A DNA stretch of 64,000 nt from Escherichia coli (GTDB lineage: Bacteria > Pseudomonadota > Gammaproteobacteria > Enterobacterales > Enterobacteriaceae), in NCBI RefSeq assembly GCF_003018115.1, contig NZ_CP027457.1; one strand, written 5' to 3'. Made by a program: the position numbers and the translations under genes. Position 1 is the first letter of the stretch, and the number at the start of each line of letters is the position of its first letter. The notes beneath the pieces were generated by a model that saw nothing but the letters and a program-made list of their open reading frames with translations, was not told where the DNA came from and ran no database searches. Positions 43,574 through 53,990 of this stretch are shown in pieces.

Positions 43574-46135
43574 TTACACCAGACTCTTCAAGCGATAAAT
43601 CCACTCCAGCGCCTGACGCGGGGTGAGTGAATCCGGATCGAGGTTTTCCAGTGCCTCGACAGCAGGCGAGGTTTCTTCCGGTACGGACAGCAAAGACATT
43701 TGCGTACCATCCACTTGTGTAGCGGCGGCGTTCGGCGAAATGCTCTCCAGCTCACGCAGTTTCTGCCGCGCGCGTTTGATCACCTCTTTTGGCACGCCCG
43801 CAAGGGCTGCAACCGCCAGGCCGTAGCTTTTGCTCGCCGCGCCATCCTGCACGCTATGCATAAAGGCAATGGTGTCGCCGTGCTCCAGTGCATCGAGATG
43901 CACGTTGGCGACGCCTTCCATTTTCTCCGGTAACTGGGTCAGCTCGAAATAGTGGGTAGCAAACAGCGTCAACGCTTTAATCTTATTCGCCAGATTCTCC
44001 GCGCACGCCCATGCCAGTGACAGACCATCGTAAGTGGACGTTCCACGCCCGATCTCATCCATTAACACCAGACTGTATTCGGTGGCGTTATGTAAAATAT
44101 TGGCGGTTTCAGTCATCTCCACCATAAAGGTTGAGCGCCCAGAAGCCAGGTCATCTGCCGCGCCTACGCGGGTAAAGATGCGATCGATAGGTCCAATCTC
44201 GACTTTTTGTGCCGGTACATAGCTGCCGATGTAGGCCATCAGCGCAATCAGTGCGGTCTGGCGCATATAGGTACTTTTACCGCCCATGTTCGGGCCGGTA
44301 ATAATCAACATCCGGCGCTGCGGTGACAGATTCAGCGGGTTGGCGATAAATGGCTCGTTCAGCACCTGTTCAACCACCGGATGGCGGCCTTCGGTAATGC
44401 GAATGCCCGGTTTATCAATAAAGGTCGGGCAGGTGTAGTTCAGGGTATAGGCCCGTTCCGCCAGGTTCACCAGCACGTCGAGTTCCGCCAGCGCGCTCGC
44501 GCTCTGTTGCAACGCTTCCAGATGCGGCAACAGCAGGTCGAACAACTCTTCATAAAGCTGTTTTTCCAGTGCCAGTGCTTTGCCTTTTGAGGTAAGAACT
44601 TTATCTTCGTACTCTTTTAGCTCTGGAATGATGTAGCGCTCGGCGTTTTTCAGCGTCTGGCGACGCATGTAGTTGATGGGTGCCAGATGGCTTTGCCCAC
44701 GGCTGATTTGAATGTAGTAGCCGTGCACCGCATTAAAGCCAACTTTCAGCGTGTCCAGGCCGGTACGTTCACGCTCGCGGACTTCCAGACGCTCCAGATA
44801 ATCGGTCGCGCCGTCAGCCAGCGCGCGCCACTCATCCAGCTCTTCGTTATAGCCCGATGCGATAACACCACCGTCGCGTACCAGCACCGGCGGTGTGTCG
44901 ATGATTGCTCGCTCCAGCAGATCGCGCAGCTCGGCAAACTCGCCCATCTTCTCACGTAGCGCCTGTACCGGTGCACTATCGACAGTTTCTAACTGCGCAC
45001 GCAGCTCCGGCAGTTGCTGGAAAGCGTGGCGCATACGGGCCAGATCGCGTGGGCGAGCAGTTCGTAAAGCCAGACGTGCCAGAATACGTTCCAGGTCGCC
45101 GACCTGACGCAGTACCGGCTGTAGCCCGGCGGTGAAATCCTGCAATGCGCCAATAGTTTGCTGGCGCTCAAGCAACACGCGGGTATCGCGCACTGGCATA
45201 TGCAGCCAGCGTTTCAGCATACGACTACCCATCGGCGTGACGGTGCAGTCGAGCACAGAAGCCAGCGTATTTTCCGCACCGCCCGCCAGGTTCTGAGTAA
45301 TTTCCAGGTTACGACGTGTCGCGGCATCCATAATGATGCTGTCCTGCTCACGTTCCATGGTGATAGAACGAATATGCGGCAGGGTCGTGCGTTGGGTATC
45401 TTTCGCATACTGCAACAGACAACCGGCAGCACAAAGTCCGCGCGGCGCGTTCTCGACGCCAAAACCGACCAGATCGCGGGTGCCAAATTGCAGATTCAAC
45501 TGCTGGCGCGCGGTGTCGATTTCAAACTCCCACAGCGGGCGACGGCGCAGGCCGCGACGGCCTTCAATCAGCGACATCTCGGCGAAATCTTCTGCATACA
45601 GCAGTTCCGCCGGATTAGTGCGTTGCAGCTCTGCCGCCATCGTTTCGCGGTCGGCCGGTTCGCTCAGGCGAAAACGCCCGGAGCTGATATCCAGCGTCGC
45701 GTAGCCGAAACCTTTGCTGTCCTGCCAGATAGCCGCCAGCAGGTTGTCCTGACGCTCCTGTAACAGGGCTTCATCGCTGATGGTGCCTGGCGTAACGATA
45801 CGCACAACTTTGCGCTCAACCGGACCTTTGCTGGTCGCCGGATCGCCAATTTGTTCGCAGATGGCAACGGACTCTCCCTGATTCACCAGTTTGGCGAGAT
45901 AGTTTTCCACCGCATGGTAGGGAATCCCCGCCATCGGGATCGGCTCTCCCGCCGAAGCACCGCGTTTGGTCAGTGAAATATCCAGCAGTTGCGACGCGCG
46001 TTTTGCGTCGTCATAAAACAGTTCATAAAAATCACCCATCCGGTAAAACAGCAGGATCTCGGGATGCTGGGCTTTCAGCTTGAGATACTGCTGCATCATG
46101 GGCGTATGGGCATCGAAATTTTCTATTGCACTCAT
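43574..46135 (-). CDS. mutS: DNA mismatch repair protein MutS
   Basis: 853 aa; Walker [10 protein letters not shown]; N-terminus [25 protein letters not shown]. Confidence 0.98.
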   Translation of the reverse strand: MSAIENFDAHTPMMQQYLKLKAQHPEILLFYRMGDFYELFYDDAKRASQLLDISLTKRGASAGEPIPMAGIPYHAVENYLAKLVNQGESVAICEQIGDPATSKGPVERKVVRIVTPGTISDEALLQERQDNLLAAIWQDSKGFGYATLDISSGRFRLSEPADRETMAAELQRTNPAELLYAEDFAEMSLIEGRRGLRRRPLWEFEIDTARQQLNLQFGTRDLVGFGVENAPRGLCAAGCLLQYAKDTQRTTLPHIRSITMEREQDSIIMDAATRRNLEITQNLAGGAENTLASVLDCTVTPMGSRMLKRWLHMPVRDTRVLLERQQTIGALQDFTAGLQPVLRQVGDLERILARLALRTARPRDLARMRHAFQQLPELRAQLETVDSAPVQALREKMGEFAELRDLLERAIIDTPPVLVRDGGVIASGYNEELDEWRALADGATDYLERLEVRERERTGLDTLKVGFNAVHGYYIQISRGQSHLAPINYMRRQTLKNAERYIIPELKEYEDKVLTSKGKALALEKQLYEELFDLLLPHLEALQQSASALAELDVLVNLAERAYTLNYTCPTFIDKPGIRITEGRHPVVEQVLNEPFIANPLNLSPQRRMLIITGPNMGGKSTYMRQTALIALMAYIGSYVPAQKVEIGPIDRIFTRVGAADDLASGRSTFMVEMTETANILHNATEYSLVLMDEIGRGTSTYDGLSLAWACAENLANKIKALTLFATHYFELTQLPEKMEGVANVHLDALEHGDTIAFMHSVQDGAASKSYGLAVAALAGVPKEVIKRARQKLRELESISPNAAATQVDGTQMSLLSVPEETSPAVEALENLDPDSLTPRQALEWIYRLKSLV

Positions 46136-46421
46136 GGGGTTATGTCCGGTTCCCTGATATTAAATGGGGTGTGATGGTTTTTATTTTCGTTGTAATCACA
46201 TAAGGCGCACATGATACCGGAGTTAATCATTTCAGGGGAAGAAGCGAACGGCGAGTTCTTGATGTTGGTTCCGGGAAAGATGCTGTTTTGCAGCTTTTGC
46301 GTGATGCTTATGAAGCAAGTACGCAAAATTGCGTCGGTTGAATAAACCTCCTCCTTCAGAGCCATAGTCCCCTTTCAAATTAAGTTGTAGTATAAATACA
46401 CCTTAAGAGTATGGAGGCAGC

Positions 46422-46775
46422 ATGTCCGGCAAGCGTATCTCTCGTGAAAAACTGACGATTAAAAAAATGATCGATCTTTATCAAGCGAAATGCCCGCAGG
46501 CGTCAGCGGAGCCGGAGCATTACGAGGCGTTGTTTGTTTACGCGCAAAAGCGGCTGGATAAATGTGTGTTCGGCGAAGAGAAGCCAGCCTGTAAGCAGTG
46601 TCCGGTGCACTGTTACCAGCCTGCAAAGCGTGAAGAGATGAAACAGATTATGCGTTGGGCCGGGCCGAGAATGCTGTGGCGTCATCCGATCTTAACCGTG
46701 CGTCATCTCATCGATGACAAGCGTCCGGTGCCAGAACTGCCGGAAAAATATCGTCCGAAAAAACCTCGTGAATAG
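46422..46775 (+). CDS. ygbA: Fe-S/zinc-finger protein YgbA (nitrosative-stress induced)
   Basis: 117 aa; cysteine-rich (CKQCPVHCY); synteny mutS-ygbA-fhlA. Confidence 0.85.
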   Translation: MSGKRISREKLTIKKMIDLYQAKCPQASAEPEHYEALFVYAQKRLDKCVFGEEKPACKQCPVHCYQPAKREEMKQIMRWAGPRMLWRHPILTVRHLIDDKRPVPELPEKYRPKKPRE

Positions 46776-46778
46776 TAT

Positions 46779-46802
46779 GCCGGACAGTCAGATCTGTCCG
46801 GC
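46779..46802. terminator. Hairpin terminator between convergent ygbA and fhlA
   Basis: gccggacag-tcagat-ctgtccggc. Confidence 0.55.
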
Positions 46803-46811
46803 AATTTGCAG

Positions 46812-48890
46812 TTAAATCAATGCCGATTTATCAATTCCCAGCCGCTTCATCCGTGACAGCAGGGTCGTGCGTTTCAGCCCCAGACGTTGCGCAGCGCCTT
46901 TAGGCCCGGCAACCACGCCGTTAGTTTCTTTCAGCACGCGAACAATCAACTGATATTCATCTTCGCCCTCCTGAGCGACAACCGTTGCGGCAGGCGGCGT
47001 TTCAGGTTCCGGTAAAGCAATATCTGGCAATGACAGCTGCAGCACGTTGCCGCGTGTTAGCAATACCGCGCGCTCAATGACGTTTTCCAGTTCGCGTACG
47101 TTACCCGGCCACTCCATATTGCTCAAGGTGCGCAACGTCTCGGCAGGAATGCTGTCGATATTGCGCCCCAGACGACGGGCAATTTTGAAGGTAAAGGCTT
47201 TCGCCAGCAGCGGAATATCTTCCGGACGCTCGCGTAGTGGCGGAAGGTGAATCGGGAATACGTTCAGGCGGTAATAGAGATCGCTACGGAACTCACGGTC
47301 GGCGACCATTTTTTTCAGATCGCGGTTAGTCGCGGCGATTAGACGCACGTCCGTCTGAATGATTTTGTTGCTGCCGAGGCGTTCAAACTCCTGTTCCTGC
47401 AATACACGCAGCAACTTCGGCTGTAACTCCAGTGGCATATCGCCCACTTCGTCGAGGAACAGGGAGCTTTTATCCGCCAGTTCAAAACGACCGATACGCT
47501 GGGCGCTGGCACCGGTAAAAGCCCCACGCTCATGACCAAACAGATCGCTCTCCAGCAATCCGGCAGGCATCGCCGCGCAATTCATTTTGACCATGCGGCG
47601 ATTATTACGCCCACTGAGATTATGGATAGCACGGGCAATCAGCTCTTTACCCGTGCCAGTTTCACCGAGGATCAGCACGGTACTGTCACTTTGCGCCACC
47701 ATTTCAACTTGTTTAAGCACACTGTACATGGCTTCGCTGCGGCCAATAATCTCGCCAAATTCACTATCAACATTGTTGAGCTGCTCGGTCAGGGCGAGGT
47801 TTTCATCAACCAGCCGTTCTTTCAGACGATGGATTTCCTGATAGGCGAGGGCGTTATCGACAGCGATTGCCACACGTTCGGCAATCTGGCGCAGTAAATT
47901 CAGATTGGTAGTGGTAAACACTTTCTCTTCACATTGCGCCAGTTTCAGCACGCCCAGCATGGTGTCGCCAGACATCAGCGGTAACAGGCACAAGGTTTGA
48001 ATCTGGTTGCCCCAGGTGTCGAACAACATGCGTTCATAGGGGGCTAAATCGTCCCGCTCGTGGAGATTGATCAGCAGCATCTCTTTACTTTTGAACACGC
48101 GTTCGGTGAGGGTTCCGGCTTCATCGACTTCGCTCTGTTCGTGGGCGGGATGTTGTTTATCAAGATAGTGAGTGGAGTAGATGTTGAGTTTGTTTTTACG
48201 GTGGCTGCGTAAGACAATGCTGATATCGTCAATGTCGAAATAGTAATGGATTTCTTTGGCGACTTCGCTGACCAGTTCGTCCATATCCAGGCGGGAAAGC
48301 ACCGCGTTGGTGATGGCGACCAGGATGCGGAAGTTATCGCGTTCCCGGCATAACAACTCATAGTCGACATTGTTAACGACGCGACTCTGGATTTGTTCGG
48401 TGACGACAGAAACGATCTGCGTAAATGTTTGCAGACGATTGAACTCTTTTTCGCTCCAGGGGCGATCGTCATAACGAATAAATTCACAGCCACCAAAAAT
48501 ATGCCCTTCCGCCGCCAGTGGCATCAGGCAATAGTGAGCAAATTTTGGGTATAGCCCACCTGCGGCCAGCTGCGGCCAGGTTTCACAAAATTCTTCGTAA
48601 CTGCAATGCAGCGTATCAGGGCGCGACAAAATGCTGCGTACCGGACCGTGTGCCAGAACAGTTTCGTCTTCATATTTAATGGGGGTGTCTTTTTCACGCG
48701 ATGCGTAATAAGACGCACGTTGAGTCTGCGCTTGCCACAACACAATAGCCGCGTTGTCGGCGAGCGCAGAACGCTTTACCAGTTGCGAAAGAGCCTCACA
48801 CAGCGAGGCCAGATCGGGCTGCTGCAATAGTGTCCGAGTGATGTCGAACAACCCTTGCTGTCCGAGATCACTCATCGGTGTATATGACAT
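46812..48890 (-). CDS. fhlA: Formate hydrogenlyase transcriptional activator (sigma-54 enhancer-binding protein)
   Basis: 692 aa from Met MSYTPMSDLGQQG; GAF domains, AAA+ sigma-54 interaction motifs (GETGTGKE, GAFTGA), C-terminal HTH. Confidence 0.95.
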   Translation of the reverse strand: MSYTPMSDLGQQGLFDITRTLLQQPDLASLCEALSQLVKRSALADNAAIVLWQAQTQRASYYASREKDTPIKYEDETVLAHGPVRSILSRPDTLHCSYEEFCETWPQLAAGGLYPKFAHYCLMPLAAEGHIFGGCEFIRYDDRPWSEKEFNRLQTFTQIVSVVTEQIQSRVVNNVDYELLCRERDNFRILVAITNAVLSRLDMDELVSEVAKEIHYYFDIDDISIVLRSHRKNKLNIYSTHYLDKQHPAHEQSEVDEAGTLTERVFKSKEMLLINLHERDDLAPYERMLFDTWGNQIQTLCLLPLMSGDTMLGVLKLAQCEEKVFTTTNLNLLRQIAERVAIAVDNALAYQEIHRLKERLVDENLALTEQLNNVDSEFGEIIGRSEAMYSVLKQVEMVAQSDSTVLILGETGTGKELIARAIHNLSGRNNRRMVKMNCAAMPAGLLESDLFGHERGAFTGASAQRIGRFELADKSSLFLDEVGDMPLELQPKLLRVLQEQEFERLGSNKIIQTDVRLIAATNRDLKKMVADREFRSDLYYRLNVFPIHLPPLRERPEDIPLLAKAFTFKIARRLGRNIDSIPAETLRTLSNMEWPGNVRELENVIERAVLLTRGNVLQLSLPDIALPEPETPPAATVVAQEGEDEYQLIVRVLKETNGVVAGPKGAAQRLGLKRTTLLSRMKRLGIDKSALI

Positions 48891-48963
48891 TTTGTTCTTC
48901 CAGGAAAGCACCGCAAAGCGGTGCAAAAGGTCATTGACTAACTATAGGAGATTTAGAATTTTA

Positions 48964-49974
48964 TTAGCATATACGCGGAAGCGGTTCGGCGTGTGGTAAA
49001 TCGAGGGTTCGTTTCACGCCATACAGACCGGCAAGACGAACACCTTTACGTTCCACCACTTCACCAATCAGAGCCGCGTCTTTCCCCAGTGGATGGGAAT
49101 GTAACGCTGCCAGCACTTGCTCTGCCGCGTTGCGTTCAACGGCGATCACCAGTTTGCCTTCGTTGGCAAAGTTCAGGGCGTCCAGTCCCAGCAATTCGCA
49201 AACGCCGCGCACGGCAGGTTTAACCGGCAGCGCTGATTCAGAAATTTCAATACCGCAACCGCAGGCTGCCGCGAACTCATGAACCACCGCGTTTACACCA
49301 CCACGGGTGGCATCACGCAGCGCTTTCACGCCGGGAATGTCACGCAGCGTCTGAATAAGCGGCGTCAGCACCGCGCAGTCGCTGACCAGTTCGCCATCCA
49401 GCCCCAGCTGCTCACGCAGGTTAAGGATAGTCGCCCCGTGGTCGCCGAGTGTACCGCTAACCAGCAATACATCGCCTGCGGTTAGCGTCTGTGCGCCCCA
49501 GTGAATATTCGCCGGAATTGCGCCCATGCCCGCGGTGTTGATAAACAGTTTATCTGCCGCGCCGCGCTGCACCACTTTAGTATCGCCAGTAACGATGGCA
49601 ATGCCTGCCGTGCGCGCGGTTTCTGCCATGCTGGTCACTACGGCTTTCAGTGTCTCCATCGGCAATCCTTCTTCGAGGATAAAGCCACAGGAGAGATAGC
49701 GCGGAATGGCACCACTGACCGCAACGTCATTGGCGGTGCCGCAAATCGCCAGCTTGCCGATATTACCGCCAGGGAAGAACAGCGGGTCAATAACGTAACT
49801 GTCGGTGGAGAACGCCAGACGGTCGCCTTCCGCTACCAGTTGCGCCAGATCAAGACGTGCCTGATCTTCCTGCTCTGCCAGCCACGGGTTGGCAAAGGCT
49901 TCCATAAACAGGCTGTTGATTAATTGCTGCATCGCCTGGCCTCCGCTGCCGTGGGCGAGTTGGATATTATTCAC
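48964..49974 (-). CDS. hypE: Hydrogenase maturation carbamoyl dehydratase HypE
   Basis: 336 aa; ends ...PRIC typical of HypE. Confidence 0.93.
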   Translation of the reverse strand: MNNIQLAHGSGGQAMQQLINSLFMEAFANPWLAEQEDQARLDLAQLVAEGDRLAFSTDSYVIDPLFFPGGNIGKLAICGTANDVAVSGAIPRYLSCGFILEEGLPMETLKAVVTSMAETARTAGIAIVTGDTKVVQRGAADKLFINTAGMGAIPANIHWGAQTLTAGDVLLVSGTLGDHGATILNLREQLGLDGELVSDCAVLTPLIQTLRDIPGVKALRDATRGGVNAVVHEFAAACGCGIEISESALPVKPAVRGVCELLGLDALNFANEGKLVIAVERNAAEQVLAALHSHPLGKDAALIGEVVERKGVRLAGLYGVKRTLDLPHAEPLPRIC

Positions 49975-51092
49975 GCTTCACTCTCCTGCTGACGATACTG
50001 ATACCACGCGGCGCACGCTCCTTCGGAGGAAACCATCAGCGCACCAAACGCGGTTTGAGGATTACAGGTGTTACCAAACAGCGGGCATTGATGCGGCTTA
50101 CATTTGCCCGTCAAGACTTCGCCACAACGCGCGCGCGGGTCATCGCAGACCTGCTGCGGTGCCGGGCGGAAATGTGCTTCGGCATCGAATCGTTGATAAT
50201 CCGGCGTCAGGTGCACGCCAGAAGATTCAATCACGCCTAAGCCGCGCCATTCGCTGTCGCCGTTGACACAGAACACATCGGCAATCGCCTGTTGCGCCAG
50301 CAGGTTACCGGCATCCGGTACCACCCGACGATACTGATTCTCTACCTTGCTGTGGGCCGCTATTTTCTGCTCCACCAGCATGACCACGCCTTGCAGTAGA
50401 TCAAGGGGTTCGAAACCAGCGACCACCAGCGGACGATGAAAATCGCTGGCGATAAAATTATAGGCATCAGTGCCGATAACCATACTAACGTGGCCCGGCG
50501 CGAGGAACGCGTCGATACCGTTATCCGGCTGTTCCAGCAAACTGCGAAGCGTCGGGATAAGCGTAATGTGCTGGCAGAAGAAGTAAAAATTCTGCACATC
50601 ACGCGCTTTCGCCTGTTGCAGAGTGATAGCGGTGGTCGGCATGGTGGTTTCAAAACCTAAGCCGAAGAACACCACTTTGCGGGTTGGATTCTCCTGCGCC
50701 AGTTTCAACGCATCCATCGGCGAGTAAACGATGCGCACATCGGCACCGCGTGCTTTTGCCTGCAACAGCGATCCCTGTTTCCCCGGCACGCGCATGGCGT
50801 CGCCAAAGGTACAGAAGATGACTTCCGGATGGCTGGCAATCTCCACGCAGGTGTCGATTCTGCCCATCGGCAGTACGCACACCGGGCAACCCGGACCGTG
50901 GATAAACTCAACGTTTTCAGGCAGTAACTGGTCGAGGCCGAATTTAAAAATGGCGTGGGTATGACCACCGCACACTTCCATAATCCGCAGAGGGCGTTCG
51001 GCTGTGTAAGAGAGATGTGAAGCACGTTCGCGCAGATGCTCAATTAACTGCATCACCTGTTCCGGCGCGCGATATTCATCAACAAAACGCAT
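49971..51092 (-). CDS. hypD: Hydrogenase maturation factor HypD
   Basis: 373 aa; conserved Cys motifs (CGxH, GPGCPVC). Confidence 0.93.
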   Translation of the reverse strand: MRFVDEYRAPEQVMQLIEHLRERASHLSYTAERPLRIMEVCGGHTHAIFKFGLDQLLPENVEFIHGPGCPVCVLPMGRIDTCVEIASHPEVIFCTFGDAMRVPGKQGSLLQAKARGADVRIVYSPMDALKLAQENPTRKVVFFGLGFETTMPTTAITLQQAKARDVQNFYFFCQHITLIPTLRSLLEQPDNGIDAFLAPGHVSMVIGTDAYNFIASDFHRPLVVAGFEPLDLLQGVVMLVEQKIAAHSKVENQYRRVVPDAGNLLAQQAIADVFCVNGDSEWRGLGVIESSGVHLTPDYQRFDAEAHFRPAPQQVCDDPRARCGEVLTGKCKPHQCPLFGNTCNPQTAFGALMVSSEGACAAWYQYRQQESEA

Positions 51093-51364
51093 TATTTTTC
51101 CTCGCCATACAACAGCGCGCCGACTTCCGGCTCAACGTCAAACATGTTTTGTAAGGCGTCGAGAGTGTCGCGTGCTTCGGCTTCATTAATTACGCTCATG
51201 GCAAAGCCAACGTGTACCAGTACCCACTGGCCCACGCGCGGCTGACCGTTTTCATCGCAGCTGCCGACTAACGTTAAATCGACATCGCGCTGAATGCCGC
51301 AGACGTCGACTTTCGCCTGGTTGCCGTCAATGGTGCGGATCTGGCCGGGAACGCCTATGCACAT
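51092..51364 (-). CDS. hypC: Hydrogenase maturation chaperone HypC
   Basis: 90 aa from [14 protein letters not shown] (the Cys2 N-terminus typical of HypC). Confidence 0.93.
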   Translation of the reverse strand: MCIGVPGQIRTIDGNQAKVDVCGIQRDVDLTLVGSCDENGQPRVGQWVLVHVGFAMSVINEAEARDTLDALQNMFDVEPEVGALLYGEEK

Positions 51365-52227
51365 CGCTGTGTCTCCAGCCAGTTCAGCCACTGGTCCATC
51401 CCTTCGCCGCTGGTGGCGGAAATAAGGATGATTTCAATTTCTGGATTGACTTCGCGGGCGCTGGCGATGCACTTCTCAACGTCAAAGTTAAGATACGGCA
51501 ACAGGTCAACTTTGTTGAGCAGCATCAGCGAGGCGGCGGCAAACATATGCGGATATTTCAGCGGTTTGTCTTCACCTTCGGTAACGGAAAGCACCGCCAC
51601 TTTGTGTTTTTCACCGAGATCGAAGCTGGCCGGGCATACGAGGTTGCCAACGTTTTCGATAAACAGAATACCGTTATCGTCCAGTGGCAGACGCGGTGCG
51701 GCGTCGGCAATCATCTGTGCGTCAAGATGGCAGCCTTTACCGGTGTTCACCTGAATCGCTGGTGTGCCGGTAGCGCGAATGCGTGCGGCATCGTTCACGG
51801 TTTGCTGGTCACCTTCAATAACCGCGCACGGAACGCTGTCTTTCAGGCGCATTAAGGTTTCCGTCAGCAGGGTGGTTTTACCGGAACCTGGGCTGGAAAC
51901 CAGGTTGAGCACCAGTTGCTTGCGGGCAGCAAAGCGCGCGCGGTTGCGTTCAGCCAGACGGTTATTTTTGTCCAGCACGTCAATTTCGACTTCCAGCATC
52001 CGACGCTGGCTCATGCCCGGTGCGTGAGTGCCCGCTTCGCCATGACCGTAATGCAGGTCGCCTTCTTCAGTCTGGCTGGGGGTAAATTCAGGCGCTTTAA
52101 TGCCGGTGATTTTCATCTTCGGGCGTGCCGCCGGGGCAAATGGCGCGCTACGAAACGCGGAATGAGGGTTATGTTCATCACCCTCGATATACAGGTTGCC
52201 TTCACCGCAACCGCATGTTGTACACAT
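51355..52227 (-). CDS. hypB: Hydrogenase nickel-incorporation GTPase HypB
   Basis: 290 aa; N-terminal [10 protein letters not shown] metal site, P-loop GSPGSGKTT. Confidence 0.95.
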   Translation of the reverse strand: MCTTCGCGEGNLYIEGDEHNPHSAFRSAPFAPAARPKMKITGIKAPEFTPSQTEEGDLHYGHGEAGTHAPGMSQRRMLEVEIDVLDKNNRLAERNRARFAARKQLVLNLVSSPGSGKTTLLTETLMRLKDSVPCAVIEGDQQTVNDAARIRATGTPAIQVNTGKGCHLDAQMIADAAPRLPLDDNGILFIENVGNLVCPASFDLGEKHKVAVLSVTEGEDKPLKYPHMFAAASLMLLNKVDLLPYLNFDVEKCIASAREVNPEIEIILISATSGEGMDQWLNWLETQRCA

Positions 52228-52230
52228 CGC

Positions 52231-52581
52231 TCACTCCTGGTCTATTTCTATCCGCCGAATCTGTAAACCGTCGTCTGCCACAATCTGTAGCATGTCACCA
52301 TGACACTGTGGACAGCGGCGGACGCGCTGGGTCAGTAGCGTCACATACTGTTGGCATGTTTCACACCAGCATTCGGCCTCTTGTTCTTCGAGGTGCAGTT
52401 TACAACCTTCCGCCACGCTGCCGCGGCAAACCAGATCAAAACAAAAGGCAAGAGAGCTGGTTTCGACACAAGAAAATGCGCCAATTTTGAGCCAGACCCC
52501 AGTTACGCGTTTTGCGCCGTGTTTTGCGGCCTGCTGTTCGATCAATTCCAGTGCCCGTTGGCAGAGGGTTATTTCGTGCAT
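52231..52581 (-). CDS. hypA: Hydrogenase nickel-incorporation protein HypA
   Basis: 116 aa from MHEITLCQ; CxxC...CxxC zinc site. Confidence 0.93.
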   Translation of the reverse strand: MHEITLCQRALELIEQQAAKHGAKRVTGVWLKIGAFSCVETSSLAFCFDLVCRGSVAEGCKLHLEEQEAECWCETCQQYVTLLTQRVRRCPQCHGDMLQIVADDGLQIRRIEIDQE

Positions 52582-52611
52582 ATCGCCTCCCATTAACTAT
52601 TGCCAGCTACA

Positions 52612-52627
52612 AGCAATAATTGTGCCA
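52612..52627 (-). promoter_or_regulatory. Sigma-54 (-24/-12) promoter for the hyp operon
   Basis: Minus strand TGGCACaattatTGCT; GG and GC spaced as in the TGGCAC-N5-TTGCW consensus. Confidence 0.6.
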
Positions 52628-52740
52628 GTGTTGATTATCCCTGCAGTGAATAATGTCGATGATGTCGAAATGACACGTCGACACGGCGACGAAATTCACC
52701 AAAATCTTAAAAATCGCTTTAATAACAATAAATTAAAAGT

Positions 52741-52756
52741 TGGCACAAAAAATGCT
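52741..52756 (+). promoter_or_regulatory. Sigma-54 (-24/-12) promoter for the hyc operon
   Basis: TGGCACaaaaaaTGCT about 37 bp upstream of the hycA start. Confidence 0.65.
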
Positions 52757-52792
52757 TAAAGCTGGCATCTCTGTTAAACGGGTAACCTGACA

Positions 52793-53254
52793 ATGACTAT
52801 TTGGGAAATAAGCGAGAAAGCCGATTACATCGCACAGCGGCATCGTCGCCTACAGGACCAGTGGCACATCTACTGTAATTCGCTGGTTCAGGGGATCACG
52901 TTATCGAAAGCGCGCCTGCATCACGCCATGAGCTGCGCGCCGGACAAAGAACTCTGTTTCGTCCTTTTTGAACATTTTCGTATTTACGTCACCCTGGCGG
53001 ATGGCTTTAACAGCCACACCATCGAGTATTACGTCGAAACAAAAGATGGCGAAGACAAACAGCGGATTGCGCAGGCGCAACTGAGCATTGACGGCATGAT
53101 TGATGGCAAGGTCAACATCCGCGATCGCGAACAGGTTCTGGAACACTATCTCGAAAAAATCGCTGGCGTTTACGACAGCTTATACACCGCTATTGAAAAC
53201 AATGTGCCGGTGAATTTAAGCCAACTGGTAAAGGGACAAAGCCCGGCAGCATGA
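52793..53254 (+). CDS. hycA: Formate hydrogenlyase regulatory protein HycA
   Basis: 153 aa; first gene of the hyc operon. Confidence 0.9.
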   Translation: MTIWEISEKADYIAQRHRRLQDQWHIYCNSLVQGITLSKARLHHAMSCAPDKELCFVLFEHFRIYVTLADGFNSHTIEYYVETKDGEDKQRIAQAQLSIDGMIDGKVNIRDREQVLEHYLEKIAGVYDSLYTAIENNVPVNLSQLVKGQSPAA

Positions 53255-53378
53255 GCTGAGGCTTTGCCCGTTTTGCAGGCGTTACGCCTGTTTGGGGATG
53301 GGCGTGTCGATGAGTGTCGAAAATGACATTTCATCGGCATGTTTTCGTCAAAAATGACAATCACCTGAGGAATGCCTG

Positions 53379-53990
53379 GTGAATCGTTTTGTAATTGCTG
53401 ACTCCACGCTCTGTATCGGCTGCCACACTTGTGAGGCCGCCTGTTCAGAGACGCATCGCCAGCACGGCCTGCAATCAATGCCGCGCCTGAGAGTGATGCT
53501 AAATGAAAAAGAATCTGCGCCGCAGCTCTGTCACCACTGTGAAGATGCACCCTGCGCGGTGGTCTGCCCGGTTAACGCCATCACCCGCGTTGATGGGGCC
53601 GTGCAGTTGAATGAAAGCCTGTGCGTAAGCTGCAAACTGTGCGGCATCGCCTGCCCGTTTGGCGCAATTGAATTTTCCGGCAGCCGTCCGCTGGATATTC
53701 CGGCAAACGCCAATACCCCGAAAGCGCCACCGGCACCGCCTGCTACGGCGCGTGTCAGCACATTGCTTGACTGGGTGCCAGGTATTCGCGCGATCGCCGT
53801 CAAATGTGACCTTTGTAGCTTTGATGAACAAGGTCCGGCCTGCGTGCGGATGTGCCCGACTAAAGCCCTGCATCTGGTGGATAACACCGATATCGCCCGC
53901 GTCAGCAAACGTAAGCGTGAGCTGACCTTTAACACGGACTTTGGCGATCTCACCTTGTTTCAGCAGGCTCAAAGTGGAGAGGCTAAATGA
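53379..53990 (+). CDS. hycB: Formate hydrogenlyase subunit 2 (4Fe-4S ferredoxin-type)
   Basis: 203 aa; four CxxCxxCxxxCP motifs. Confidence 0.95.
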   Translation: MNRFVIADSTLCIGCHTCEAACSETHRQHGLQSMPRLRVMLNEKESAPQLCHHCEDAPCAVVCPVNAITRVDGAVQLNESLCVSCKLCGIACPFGAIEFSGSRPLDIPANANTPKAPPAPPATARVSTLLDWVPGIRAIAVKCDLCSFDEQGPACVRMCPTKALHLVDNTDIARVSKRKRELTFNTDFGDLTLFQQAQSGEAK

